Shown here piece after piece: positions 15,206 to 24,787 of a stretch of DNA of 27,346 nucleotides (positions are counted from its first letter, which is position 1; every line of letters starts with the position of its first letter). The translations under genes and the position numbers were made by a program. The stretch comes from a virus. Lineage: Duplodnaviria > Caudoviricetes. The stretch covers positions 1 to 27,346 of IMG/VR virus record IMGVR_UViG_3300030372_001471; one strand, given 5' to 3'. The notes below the pieces were generated by a model, which was given only the letters and a program-made list of their open reading frames with translations, was not told the DNA's origin and did not search any database.

Positions 15206-16204
15206 CTAACGTTTTACTGTTCTATTTTTGATAGCAGAACATACCTTAGCCGCCGTTTCTTTGTTGCCATATTGTTTAATCTGATCACGCATACACTCAT
15301 CCCAAGAGTACTTTAACATTGCTTTTCTTTTAGCATAAGCAACATACTCTAACATCTTGTATTTCTTTTTGTATTTACGTTTTTTCTTTTTAGTATATAG
15401 TTCTTCTTTCATTGTAGCTGTAGAATGATCTGCACAAGGCATATATAGTTTTTCACCATCTACTGTATGAGGGTGTGAACCTATACAACCTTTAAACATT
15501 TCAGCATATATTTCAGCTTCTTCTTTAGTTCTAAATAAAGGTTCACCATCTAAAGATGATACAGGGTTTAATTCATTTTCTAAAATGATGTTCTTAATTT
15601 TACCTAGCATAATATCATCAGGACAATCTTCACATACTTCATCTAGTATATCTTTATTCTTAGATGCTTCTATTAGTTTATCGGTGAAATATCCTTCTAT
15701 ACTAAAACCGCGAACCTCTTTATTTTTAATCTTTTCCCAAATATCAGGATTATTTTCTGCACTTACTTGTACAAACCAAGTACCAACAGGCATATTCTTA
15801 AATCCGTAGACGTTTGACTTATCAAATTTTTCATCTTCTTTGATCCACGACTCTACGACAGTTAAACCTTCTACGGGTTCTTTGTGTTCTAGTGTGTGGT
15901 TATTGTTGTTTAGACTTGACATAAATAGGTTCTGTGCCTGTTTAATAGTTTCTTTAGTAAAGAATACATCATATTCTTCATTAGTGTCTTTATCTAGTCT
16001 TGGAATACGTTTCTCAGGAATAAGAACAGCACCTATTAATTGTTTTTGGTCTTCATCTATTTTTGCTAGACTTAGAAAGTCCTGATTAAAGAATACAAAG
16101 TTTTCTTCTATTGCAGGAAACTTAACAACGCTGATCGCATCAACGCCAAAAAAGTCTGCTGTTTCATCTATAATTAATTCTATTAATTTTCTTTTTTTGT
16201 CCAT
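15206..16204 (-). CDS. XkdF-like prohead serine protease with C-terminal Cys/His domains
   Basis: GAVLIP, TLEH, VVESW, GTWF, W..IK..EVRGFSIEG. Confidence 0.85.
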   Translation of the reverse strand: MDKKRKLIELIIDETADFFGVDAISVVKFPAIEENFVFFNQDFLSLAKIDEDQKQLIGAVLIPEKRIPRLDKDTNEEYDVFFTKETIKQAQNLFMSSLNNNNHTLEHKEPVEGLTVVESWIKEDEKFDKSNVYGFKNMPVGTWFVQVSAENNPDIWEKIKNKEVRGFSIEGYFTDKLIEASKNKDILDEVCEDCPDDIMLGKIKNIILENELNPVSSLDGEPLFRTKEEAEIYAEMFKGCIGSHPHTVDGEKLYMPCADHSTATMKEELYTKKKKRKYKKKYKMLEYVAYAKRKAMLKYSWDECMRDQIKQYGNKETAAKVCSAIKNRTVKR

Positions 16205-16210
16205 AATACC

Positions 16211-16238
16211 TATAAATATAAAGTTGTTAATTTTGTTT
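16211..16238 (-). promoter_or_regulatory. Late promoter motif copy (protease)
   Basis: AAACA-N11-TTTATATTTATA, 6 nt before ATG 16204. Confidence 0.8.
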
Positions 16239-17826
16239 ACAATGTAGCTTGTATTTCTAGTTCTTCTTGTAGTGCCTGAGCATCAGATATTTCATTCTCT
16301 ATTACAAACGCTTGTACAGGTTGCATCTCTGCATCAGGTGAAATAGAATTTATATTAGGTATTGTGCCACCAATACCACCCATAGCAGGAGTACCACCTA
16401 CTGCACCAACTGAAATATCACCACCATCACCTGCACCTGCTTTTGACAGTATGCCTTTAGCTGTTCTTAAATTAGTCATAACTGTTGCAATACCTGTCGC
16501 TATCGCTGCTAAGTTACCAGGAAAAGGCATAGATTGTGCCGCCTTTACTGCACCAGAAATAGCTAAAGCAGTATCAATTAATATATTAGAAACTGCCGCT
16601 GCTTTTGCAACCTTAGAACCTTCTCCTGCAATCGCTGTAGTTGCTTTTAGAATATCTTTCGCTGCTTTTATTTTAGCATTTTTTATATCTTCTTCATCTT
16701 TTGCGTCTTTATCTATAGCTTTCTTTTTTTCGTCTGCTGTTTGTTTAATTAAATCCTGTTCTTCTTTTAGTAAAGAATTTGTATTTACTAACTGCTCTGA
16801 TCTTTGACCTGCAATCCTTTCATCTAAATCAATTAATTCTGTTTTAGCATTTATTAAAGCAACTTGTAAATCTATATTTGTTTCATCTTGGTCTAATTCT
16901 AATTGTGCCAATTGTAAACTTTTTAACATTGCTGATCTTTCTGCTTTTGTTTGTTCGTCTAGTATTTCTCCTAGCCTTGTATTTGCCTCCTGTCTTTCTT
17001 GTATTGTTAAACTCACATCATCTCTAATTTGCCTTTGTATCTCAGCATCTTTTTGAAAGGTTAATTGTAATTGTCGTTGTTCAGCATCAGCTAGTTTAAC
17101 TTCATTTCTTAAACTTACAATAGCTTTTGAAGTATTATATATATTATCTTCACCTGTAATAAATTCTTCTTGCAAATCAGAAAACCTATCTTTAGCAAAA
17201 TCAAAACTTACACCAATTCCATCTACTTGGTCTTTAGCAAAGGTTTTAAACTCCCCTAGTTGATCTTTTAAGATTCCTGTTTGAGTACCTGCAAAATCAA
17301 GCATTTCACTACCTAAATTTTTAAGGTCATCTAGCGAGGTACTACCATCACCAAAAGGTGAAGCGTTCCATAATACAGAAGCAGTTTTCATACCCATGTT
17401 AAAATTATTCAATGCAAAATTCAAAGTATTGTTAAATATGTTACCAAGATTTTCTACACGACTTTGAAAAAACGCCATAAATTTCTCATTCTCTTGTAAT
17501 AAGTTTATAGAATCCATATAAAAACTAATAAGCCTTTTAAATGTTAGATTAAACATTTCCGTTGCAACATTAAAAGTATCCATAACTTTTTGATTCTGCA
17601 TCAAGGCACTAGAAAGACCTACTAAAGCAGAGATAACAATACCAATACCTGCAGATTTTAAAGCCAGACCTAAAGCCTTTGTGCTTAAAGTCATTCCTAG
17701 TATTGATGCTTGACTACCCTTAGCACCATCACCAACTCCTTTTACACCTTTTTCAAGACCTGCTAATCCTTCTTTAGCGCCAGATGTATCTGTTTTTATT
17801 ACAATAGTTTTTTCTAATTTCGCCAT
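16237..17826 (-). CDS. Tape measure protein (short)
   Basis: 529 aa, Ala-rich and helical, with hydrophobic segments (LKSAGIGIVISALVGL; FPGNLAAIATGIA) and a long coiled coil. Confidence 0.8.
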   Translation of the reverse strand: MAKLEKTIVIKTDTSGAKEGLAGLEKGVKGVGDGAKGSQASILGMTLSTKALGLALKSAGIGIVISALVGLSSALMQNQKVMDTFNVATEMFNLTFKRLISFYMDSINLLQENEKFMAFFQSRVENLGNIFNNTLNFALNNFNMGMKTASVLWNASPFGDGSTSLDDLKNLGSEMLDFAGTQTGILKDQLGEFKTFAKDQVDGIGVSFDFAKDRFSDLQEEFITGEDNIYNTSKAIVSLRNEVKLADAEQRQLQLTFQKDAEIQRQIRDDVSLTIQERQEANTRLGEILDEQTKAERSAMLKSLQLAQLELDQDETNIDLQVALINAKTELIDLDERIAGQRSEQLVNTNSLLKEEQDLIKQTADEKKKAIDKDAKDEEDIKNAKIKAAKDILKATTAIAGEGSKVAKAAAVSNILIDTALAISGAVKAAQSMPFPGNLAAIATGIATVMTNLRTAKGILSKAGAGDGGDISVGAVGGTPAMGGIGGTIPNINSISPDAEMQPVQAFVIENEISDAQALQEELEIQATL

Positions 17827-17990
17827 AGTATTCTTTTTATTTGTTTAAACATTCGTCTAAAGCTAGAGTGATATTCTTCTAAGCCATAAACAAAGTCGTA
17901 ATGTTTATCTTTGTATTCTACTAGCTGTATGTGGTCTATACTAAGAGGTATCAGCTTTGCAGTATGTTCTATATATTCTTTTAATTCCAT
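17814..17990 (-). CDS. small hypothetical protein (58 aa, not in ORF track)
   Basis: MELKEYIEHTAKLIPLSIDHIQLVEYKDKHYDFVYGLEEYHSSFRRMFKQIKRILWRN; overlaps both neighbours and fills the gap. Confidence 0.75.
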   Translation of the reverse strand: MELKEYIEHTAKLIPLSIDHIQLVEYKDKHYDFVYGLEEYHSSFRRMFKQIKRILWRN

Positions 17991-20900
17991 ATTAAATAAT
18001 CTCCGTTTTGTAATTGTATATTCCTAGAGTTTTGATACAACGCCCAATTCTCATCAAACCCTAAACTCATATTGTTAATTATATTTACATCAATATCTGC
18101 TGATATTTGCCAAACCCTTTTAGTATCTGATTGACTATCTAATAAGCCAAATCTTAGAACACCATTTGCAACATCTATATATAATGTACAAGTTGTTGGA
18201 TTTGCACCCTCTCTGATACTAAACTCCTGTTGCCCTCCTGCAGTGCTTAATTGTGTTGTTGTTCCATTTACATTTTTAAAAGCTGTATAATATGCAAAGG
18301 CTTCGGTGCTTCCTAGTGTATATGTAGCACTTGTACCACCTATAACAGTAGATATACCTTTAACTCTAATAATCATATTGATATTATTAGGTATTCTTAA
18401 AGGCGTTCCATATTGATCTGATTCTATATAAGCATAACCTTTAGCTGTTCCTGTTGTGTTACCTGATAACACTATCCTGTGTGATTCTCCCTGTAGTTGT
18501 GGTATGTTTCTTTTTTTAGTATTGTATTTAACTACAATGTCATCACCATATAGAGGAAGTAAAGATTGACTATACTTAGAATTGTTAACACCCCTTACAA
18601 GTGGTTTATTACGCCCTCCTATTTTATTGTAAATAAGTGTCTTTAGCTGTCCTGTATCTAATATATTATTAGCAGAGAATATACTCTTTAATCTTATAGG
18701 CAAACTACCTGAATTAGCCAAGCAAGGATAAAGACCATTTGACGCTTGTGATGTATAGTTGTACATTGGAATACCACCTGCACCTTCACAACAAGCAGGA
18801 TTAGCATAATAACCTAGTAAGTCACCAGAAGTAATATCAGGTGTACATCCTGGATTTGTTTCAGGACACCATAAATACCAATTTCCACTAGTATTATTAA
18901 CACCTATTGTTGAAGTTACATAATCACATTGTACAAGTTCATCTAATACTTTTATTAAAGTAACCTTTGTTGAAGCCTTAACACCTACTTGATAGTTAGA
19001 TATTTCTAATACACGCCAATAAGTATCTTTTATAAGAATTTCATCATTGAATTTAAAGTTAAATATATCTACTTCATTAAGATTAATGTAACACTCCATG
19101 ATTCTAGCTTGTGGATCGTAAAGAGAATCTAAATACTTTTTCCAATATAAGCCATATAATGAATTGTTAAACCAAGAACCTACATCATTACTATAATTAA
19201 ATACAGCTAGGTTTCCAACTAAAGGAGGTGTTGAGTTCCAATATAAAGACTTAGTTGTTGTGGATAGTGTAAATATATCACTAGAAGTCGTTATATCAAA
19301 AGGGCTACAAACAGGGTATTTAGTAAACTCAAAAGCTGTTACTGTTAAAGTACCTGAATTATCAAAAGACCTGTGCAGATTATATGTAACTGTTTCATTA
19401 TTAACATCTTTTACAGTTGTTGCTGTTCCACTATAAAAAAACAATTTAGGTTTTGTTTTCTTTATTTTGTTTACAAATACGCCTTCTGATTCTTCATAGC
19501 TAAATTCATATTGTGGTGACATATTAATTAAATACGTTCCTAGCTGTGTATTATCACTTGCAAATACTTGACTATTTATAAAAGGTGAAAATATAGATTT
19601 GTTTTTCATTTCACCTGTAGCAAATTCATTTGTACTGTCAGTTAGTTTTAAATGACCAAAAACATTAACATCAGGAAAACGTTCTTTTAATTCTTTGTTA
19701 TATAAATCTACATCTTCTTGGTCTGTGAGGTGTATTGTTTTATTCTGTAATGTAGTTGTATCTTTTACTATAATCTCTTTAGATGTATCTAGCTTATCAC
19801 TCCAATACTTTAAAGAACCACCATCTAAATAGTCATTATATGGTTCTATTATTAAGTTTGTATCATCATCAGGATCAGATAAAATCAATAAGTTAAATCT
19901 TTCTATAAGGTCTTTTAAAAAGTCTTTTTGTGTAATATCAGGATCAATACAAAAAGGCACGTTTATTGTACCACCAAAAGCATCTGTACTATAACCAACC
20001 CAATCTATACGAATGTTACTAAATAAGTCATTCCCAACAAAAAACCAATCGTAAATTCCATCAAAGCCTACAATACTTTTACCAACTGTTAATTCTAATA
20101 CTGAACCTGCAGTAACTTTTTTATAGTTATATACACGAATTATAATTTGTGCTGATGCACCTGTAGGCATATCTTCTAAACTAAGACTCCATTCATGAGT
20201 GCTTAAAGTTTCGTTAGACGCATTTGTTGTAACAACATCATCTTGAATAGAATAATTATAATCTAAATCAGGAGTATTAGTAGATGTGTCAAAAGGTCTT
20301 AGAAACGCTTCTATTTTAATATCTTCACCATTATCAGCTTGTATATTAGTTGCACCTAATACATGGCGACAATTAACCTGCGTCATTGTAATATCTGTTC
20401 TAGTAAAGTAGCTATATGTTTCATTCCATATATTGTCCGCATCTTGTGGTGCTGTGTTTCCTGTTGTAGGCGTTATTGTATCTGCAGGTACTATAACCTC
20501 ATTATCTTGAACGCCTGTAAAACCTGAAGCAGGAAGGTCTAAAACACCCCAAACAGTACTATTACCAACATCCATAAATCCTGAAGGGTTTGCATTAGTG
20601 TCTGTTGTAGGTAGTGTTGTTGTTTCTAGGTGGTTACCTGTAGTCATAAATAGCTTACCAAAATAAGAACCATCTATAAAAGTAGATGTATAAGAAAACC
20701 CTGCCCTTGCTAGAATCATCTTAAACATTGTTTTTAATTGTAGTGCAGGTCTGAACTGTGACATTTGAACACTAAGGTCAAAAGAAACATCACCATCATT
20801 TATACTATTTATTGTTGATTGATCCAACCTCAAGTATCTCTTTATATCGTTACCATCTGCATCTTGGTCTGAAGGATTGTAATAAAACTTTTCTCTAGTT

Positions 20901-21481
20901 ACAGATATTGGATATACTATCTGAGAAACACCTGCATCAGAATCATACAGAGATGTGCCTGTTGTATTGACTAAAGAGTTGCCCCAAGAATTAAATAATG
21001 TATTATTTGTTGAATTAGTATAAGTAAAGGTATGATTTAATTTAGCATCATAAGTGCCATTCTCATTTTTGAAAGCATCTCTTAGCTTCTGCGTTCCTAT
21101 TGTACTAAATAAAGATGCTGAAGTAGACATTATAACAACTTCATACATTTGAGCTTTTTTAAATACAGATTTTAATTGTAAAGAACCCTCAAATTGTGGC
21201 ACTGCACCAACATATAACACTGCATCAAATTTTGTTCTACTACTAAAAACTAAAGTATCTAAATTAACATTATACCAATTTTGAAAGAACTGATTATTAT
21301 TGTCTGTGAATGGCAACTTAAATGTTTGACTATAACTACCTTTTCTAGTTTCAGGATTTTTAACGTCTGAGAATTTATAATTTATAGAAACATTTGGTGC
21401 TTCTTGTAAATCTAAATTAAAAGCTGTAGTAGATGTAGCACCACTTGTAGCTTTACGATATGCAACTAGTCTAACATTCAT
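17981..21481 (-). CDS. Large tail tip/hub protein
   Basis: 1166 aa; LDL......I....SDVKN...RKGSYSQTFKLP....NN N-terminus, QKDFLK.LIERFNL, and a Cys-rich segment before the C-terminal domain. Confidence 0.75.
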   Translation of the reverse strand: MNVRLVAYRKATSGATSTTAFNLDLQEAPNVSINYKFSDVKNPETRKGSYSQTFKLPFTDNNNQFFQNWYNVNLDTLVFSSRTKFDAVLYVGAVPQFEGSLQLKSVFKKAQMYEVVIMSTSASLFSTIGTQKLRDAFKNENGTYDAKLNHTFTYTNSTNNTLFNSWGNSLVNTTGTSLYDSDAGVSQIVYPISVTREKFYYNPSDQDADGNDIKRYLRLDQSTINSINDGDVSFDLSVQMSQFRPALQLKTMFKMILARAGFSYTSTFIDGSYFGKLFMTTGNHLETTTLPTTDTNANPSGFMDVGNSTVWGVLDLPASGFTGVQDNEVIVPADTITPTTGNTAPQDADNIWNETYSYFTRTDITMTQVNCRHVLGATNIQADNGEDIKIEAFLRPFDTSTNTPDLDYNYSIQDDVVTTNASNETLSTHEWSLSLEDMPTGASAQIIIRVYNYKKVTAGSVLELTVGKSIVGFDGIYDWFFVGNDLFSNIRIDWVGYSTDAFGGTINVPFCIDPDITQKDFLKDLIERFNLLILSDPDDDTNLIIEPYNDYLDGGSLKYWSDKLDTSKEIIVKDTTTLQNKTIHLTDQEDVDLYNKELKERFPDVNVFGHLKLTDSTNEFATGEMKNKSIFSPFINSQVFASDNTQLGTYLINMSPQYEFSYEESEGVFVNKIKKTKPKLFFYSGTATTVKDVNNETVTYNLHRSFDNSGTLTVTAFEFTKYPVCSPFDITTSSDIFTLSTTTKSLYWNSTPPLVGNLAVFNYSNDVGSWFNNSLYGLYWKKYLDSLYDPQARIMECYINLNEVDIFNFKFNDEILIKDTYWRVLEISNYQVGVKASTKVTLIKVLDELVQCDYVTSTIGVNNTSGNWYLWCPETNPGCTPDITSGDLLGYYANPACCEGAGGIPMYNYTSQASNGLYPCLANSGSLPIRLKSIFSANNILDTGQLKTLIYNKIGGRNKPLVRGVNNSKYSQSLLPLYGDDIVVKYNTKKRNIPQLQGESHRIVLSGNTTGTAKGYAYIESDQYGTPLRIPNNINMIIRVKGISTVIGGTSATYTLGSTEAFAYYTAFKNVNGTTTQLSTAGGQQEFSIREGANPTTCTLYIDVANGVLRFGLLDSQSDTKRVWQISADIDVNIINNMSLGFDENWALYQNSRNIQLQNGDYLIWN

Positions 21482-22944
21482 TATGAATTAGTGTTTATAG
21501 GATTTGCGTATTCTATATTAATAGTGTATTGTATTAAGTTGTCATTAGCAGAAGTCTTTTTAACAAAGCTAGAGTCTGTAATTATTACGCCTTCTGTAAA
21601 ATCTGTATCTGCATTTTGAACTATTTGAGCATCTGTTGACATTAATAGCTTTTCAATTAAAACACCTTGTGCCTCTGTGATCCAATCTGTATTTAATGTT
21701 TCTTTTAATGTAGCTGTTGTTTGTCTAGTAGTTTGACCTCTTTGAGTGTTATTATAACGATATTTACTTTTGTTAAATGTTCCTATCATTGTACTATAAT
21801 TATCTCTTTTTATTTCTGTTGTCTGTGTTGATTTCTTTTTAAAGTTAAAATAGTCATAACCACCAACAGAATTACGCCATGCTAAACGCCTTACTTTAAA
21901 CCCTTTACAACTTCCATCTTCTTTTATAAAGTAATATGTTGCTGTCTTATAAGCAATAGTACCTGAATCATTACCTGTACCTCTAATTGTATAATAAGCC
22001 CATCCTGAATTATTAGAAGGTCTTGCAGAGGTTTCATCACTCTGTGCTTCTAGGTTACCTGCACCACAACCAAAATATAACAACCTGCTAGCATCAGCTA
22101 TAGAACCATCATTAGGAGGCAAACCACCATTAGCTGATATATTATCTATATAGTATTTACTGTTTATAAGTGAACCTGATGAATTATAATAAGCAATTTC
22201 AATATGGTCAATATCACTAGCAAAATTTGTAAAATCATTTAAGAAAGCTACAGTGTGATAGTCTGTATCTTGTATATAGTTAATATAACCACTTAAATTA
22301 TATTCGCCTGAATCACTTTGTAAATCACTTAAAAAGAGGTCTGTTGCACCTGCACCATTATATACATTGAAAGCATCAGATTGTACATAGTCTGCACTAG
22401 AACTCCTTGCTGTCATTAAAGGGAGTGATGCTTCTAAATAATATAAAGTATCTGTTACTGTATCAGTTGTTACTTCTGCAGGTGATGATGTTACACTTGT
22501 ACTATATTGTTGATAACCTTTAACAAAGATTTTTTGTATTTGTGTTCCGTCAGTATTCCTGTCACCATTAAAGCTAAAAGGTTTTGCAACAGTATTAACA
22601 CCTACTTTATGTATCGTTCTAAATGGTTGAGAATTATCATTTTGGTCAAATACTGTTGGTGTTAAAACACTATTTGCAATATCTCTAAGATCAAAAAACG
22701 CCCTTGCTTTATTATCGTTTATATCTACACTATAACCATTTCTACGTTGTTTAATCTTAGCAATTATTGTACCTGAAGCATCATCTAATCTAACTTCTAA
22801 AATTAGTTTATAGTAAAAATATGACGCTGTAGTTGCATCATCTTGGAAAAGCATATAACCAACCATTGGTGTCCAGTTAGTTATTACAGGTGCTTTGCTA
22901 GTTGTGTTTATTGGTTTCTGTTGAAATTCTAAAGCTGATGCCAT
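21481..22944 (-). CDS. Tail protein (distal-tail-like)
   Basis: 487 aa, beta-rich, with C-terminal WRNSVGGYDYFNF...LNTDWI...LLMS...QYTINIEY. Confidence 0.65.
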   Translation of the reverse strand: MASALEFQQKPINTTSKAPVITNWTPMVGYMLFQDDATTASYFYYKLILEVRLDDASGTIIAKIKQRRNGYSVDINDNKARAFFDLRDIANSVLTPTVFDQNDNSQPFRTIHKVGVNTVAKPFSFNGDRNTDGTQIQKIFVKGYQQYSTSVTSSPAEVTTDTVTDTLYYLEASLPLMTARSSSADYVQSDAFNVYNGAGATDLFLSDLQSDSGEYNLSGYINYIQDTDYHTVAFLNDFTNFASDIDHIEIAYYNSSGSLINSKYYIDNISANGGLPPNDGSIADASRLLYFGCGAGNLEAQSDETSARPSNNSGWAYYTIRGTGNDSGTIAYKTATYYFIKEDGSCKGFKVRRLAWRNSVGGYDYFNFKKKSTQTTEIKRDNYSTMIGTFNKSKYRYNNTQRGQTTRQTTATLKETLNTDWITEAQGVLIEKLLMSTDAQIVQNADTDFTEGVIITDSSFVKKTSANDNLIQYTINIEYANPINTNS

Positions 22945-22946
22945 AA

Positions 22947-23525
22947 TTATTTTTCTTTTACTATTATTTCTATGTCTATATCTTTTAACATTATGTCTAA
23001 TTCACTTTCTAAGTCTTTACTAAATGCTGTAGCAATTACATTTTCATCTACTTCTTCTTTAAAAGGTTTGCTAAAAAACTGAGTTCTTTCTAAACCCCTT
23101 TGTGCTATTGCTCTGCCTATTACAAATGAAGCACTTTCTATATTTGCTTTTGTCTTAGCTAAAAACCTACCATCAGAACCTCTTAATTTTAAAGGCTTGT
23201 TTTTGATCCATTTAGCTACAACTCCTTTTTTAATGTTATTCTTTTTAAATCTAAACGGGCTTCCTTTACCTCTAGCTTTACCACTACCTTTAAATCCTCC
23301 TGATCCTTTTACACCTTCATCAACAAATTTCCAATACTTTTTAGCTTTACCAAAAACAAACTCTAGTTCTACTCCTGTTTTACTTTTATTAACATTATAG
23401 TTAAATCCTTTTTCTAATCCTGCACTTTTAGTCCTTTTCTTTTTTTTCTTTAGAATACGTTTTCCTTTACGTACTACGTCAAAACCCATACTTTGCATTG
23501 CTTGTATTGTATTAGTAAAGTCCAT
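22947..23525 (-). CDS. Basic tail-completion/neck protein (HK97 gp10-like by inference)
   Basis: Lys-rich; YWKFVDEG.KG...PF...FVIGRAI..RG...TQFFSKP. Confidence 0.6.
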   Translation of the reverse strand: MDFTNTIQAMQSMGFDVVRKGKRILKKKKKRTKSAGLEKGFNYNVNKSKTGVELEFVFGKAKKYWKFVDEGVKGSGGFKGSGKARGKGSPFRFKKNNIKKGVVAKWIKNKPLKLRGSDGRFLAKTKANIESASFVIGRAIAQRGLERTQFFSKPFKEEVDENVIATAFSKDLESELDIMLKDIDIEIIVKEK

Positions 23526-24016
23526 TAGCTATTTGGTGTTATTGGTGCTATACATAGATTGTTTGGATTGTTAACATCAACATTAATAGTTGCAGACCAT
23601 CCTGTTAATATATTATCAAAACGTGCTGTAAAAGGTTCTGCTGATATAGGAAGTTCTAAAACAACTTCATCATCAACCCAAGATGTGGAATATAAAGCGT
23701 GTTTAAATTCATTTATAACGTCATGCAGTATTTGTAGATTCTCAGAATAAGTATCAATACGCCCTAGTCTTTGCTTATTAGGTGCATCACCTACTTCATC
23801 ATTAATCATATCTAAAACATATACTGTAAAAGAATAAGTCATAACGCCTGAATCAATAGTTACATTTCCAGGTTCTGCATATAGTATAACATAATCTGTA
23901 GCACCAAGTTTATTAATATCTACTTCATCAAGTTCACCACTGTGAAAGCTGTTAATCATCAGATGCTTGTCTGCAATGGTTTCTAAAAATCCGACTACGT
24001 TTCTAAAAGTTATCAT
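23525..24016 (-). CDS. Putative tail terminator/completion protein
   Basis: Acidic 163-aa alpha/beta protein; EPFTARFDN.LTGW. Confidence 0.55.
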   Translation of the reverse strand: MITFRNVVGFLETIADKHLMINSFHSGELDEVDINKLGATDYVILYAEPGNVTIDSGVMTYSFTVYVLDMINDEVGDAPNKQRLGRIDTYSENLQILHDVINEFKHALYSTSWVDDEVVLELPISAEPFTARFDNILTGWSATINVDVNNPNNLCIAPITPNS

Positions 24017-24254
24017 AATTATTACGTTGTTTATTGCTGTAATCCTGTTTAAAAGATAAAAATGTTAATACCTCCATTACAGGGAGTTCTGTTATTTTAT
24101 TTATATTAAGTATATTATCATTACACAAAGCATATAGAGTATTATACCAACCCCACTTACTGTTCATTGTTACGCTTTTTGTGGTTTCTTTTCCTGTGCT
24201 TTCAAATAGCTGTGCGAACTGTGTGCTAATTGTTCGCCTAAAGTCAAAAAAAAA
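24003..24254 (-). CDS. Tail assembly chaperone, -1 frameshift extension (gpT-like)
   Basis: The -1 frame relative to the upstream ORF is open across the T9 run: FFFDFRR...KWGWYNTLYAL...LTFLSF. Confidence 0.75.
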   Translation of the reverse strand, partial: FFFDFRRTISTQFAQLFESTGKETTKSVTMNSKWGWYNTLYALCNDNILNINKITELPVMEVLTFLSFKQDYSNKQRNNYDNF

Positions 24255-24751
24255 CCTAAGCAACATAACGCTATATCCATTGGACAACCCTTAAATAAAT
24301 CTTCTTTAAATTCATCAGGATCATAATTTTCAATAGCATATTTGTTACCACTCTTAAACGTTATTTTTCTATATAGTATTGACATAATAATATGTAAGTT
24401 CTTTATTGGTTCTTTACAGTATTCCTCAAGGTCTATATATTCACCTGTTGTAAGTTTACTTAAATTAGGAATAAACCCATACTGTTCGCCGTTAAACTCA
24501 AACCTTTTTCTAAACTTAGTCTTATCAGGTTCAGTATCAATCATCTTTTTTATTACACCAATAATCTCAATCATATCTTTATATTCCATCTGCTTGACTA
24601 TATTAGGTTTGACTTCACATAACAAAGACAGTATTTTAATTGCTTTGTTTTTATCACTCCCTTTTGCTTCTTGTATCTTAATATATTTCTGATAAGTTTC
24701 TATTGTTATATCAGACCATTCTGAAGGAATACTAAGTTTAATCTCTTTCAT
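24170..24751 (-). CDS. Tail assembly chaperone (gpG-like)
   Basis: IP..WSDIT...YQ; YGFIPNL..LT.GEYIDLE; slippery GGT TTT TTT TTG near the 3' end. Confidence 0.75.
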   Translation of the reverse strand: MKEIKLSIPSEWSDITIETYQKYIKIQEAKGSDKNKAIKILSLLCEVKPNIVKQMEYKDMIEIIGVIKKMIDTEPDKTKFRKRFEFNGEQYGFIPNLSKLTTGEYIDLEEYCKEPIKNLHIIMSILYRKITFKSGNKYAIENYDPDEFKEDLFKGCPMDIALCCLGFFLTLGEQLAHSSHSYLKAQEKKPQKA

Positions 24752-24755
24752 TACA

Positions 24756-24783
24756 TATAAATATAAAAGTTAATAATTCGTTT
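24756..24783 (-). promoter_or_regulatory. Late promoter motif copy (tail unit)
   Basis: AAACG-N11-TTTATATTTATA, 4 nt before ATG 24751. Confidence 0.8.
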
Positions 24784-24787
24784 TTTG

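Noticed and set aside
24255-24287. Independent start MSNGYSVMLL for the 94-aa ORF
   Set aside because: A -1 frameshift at the U9 run explains the overlap better
12755-24783. Repeated TATAAATATAAA as a CRISPR or mobile repeat
   Set aside because: The copies are dispersed, single, same-strand and upstream of genes; there are no spacers or cas genes
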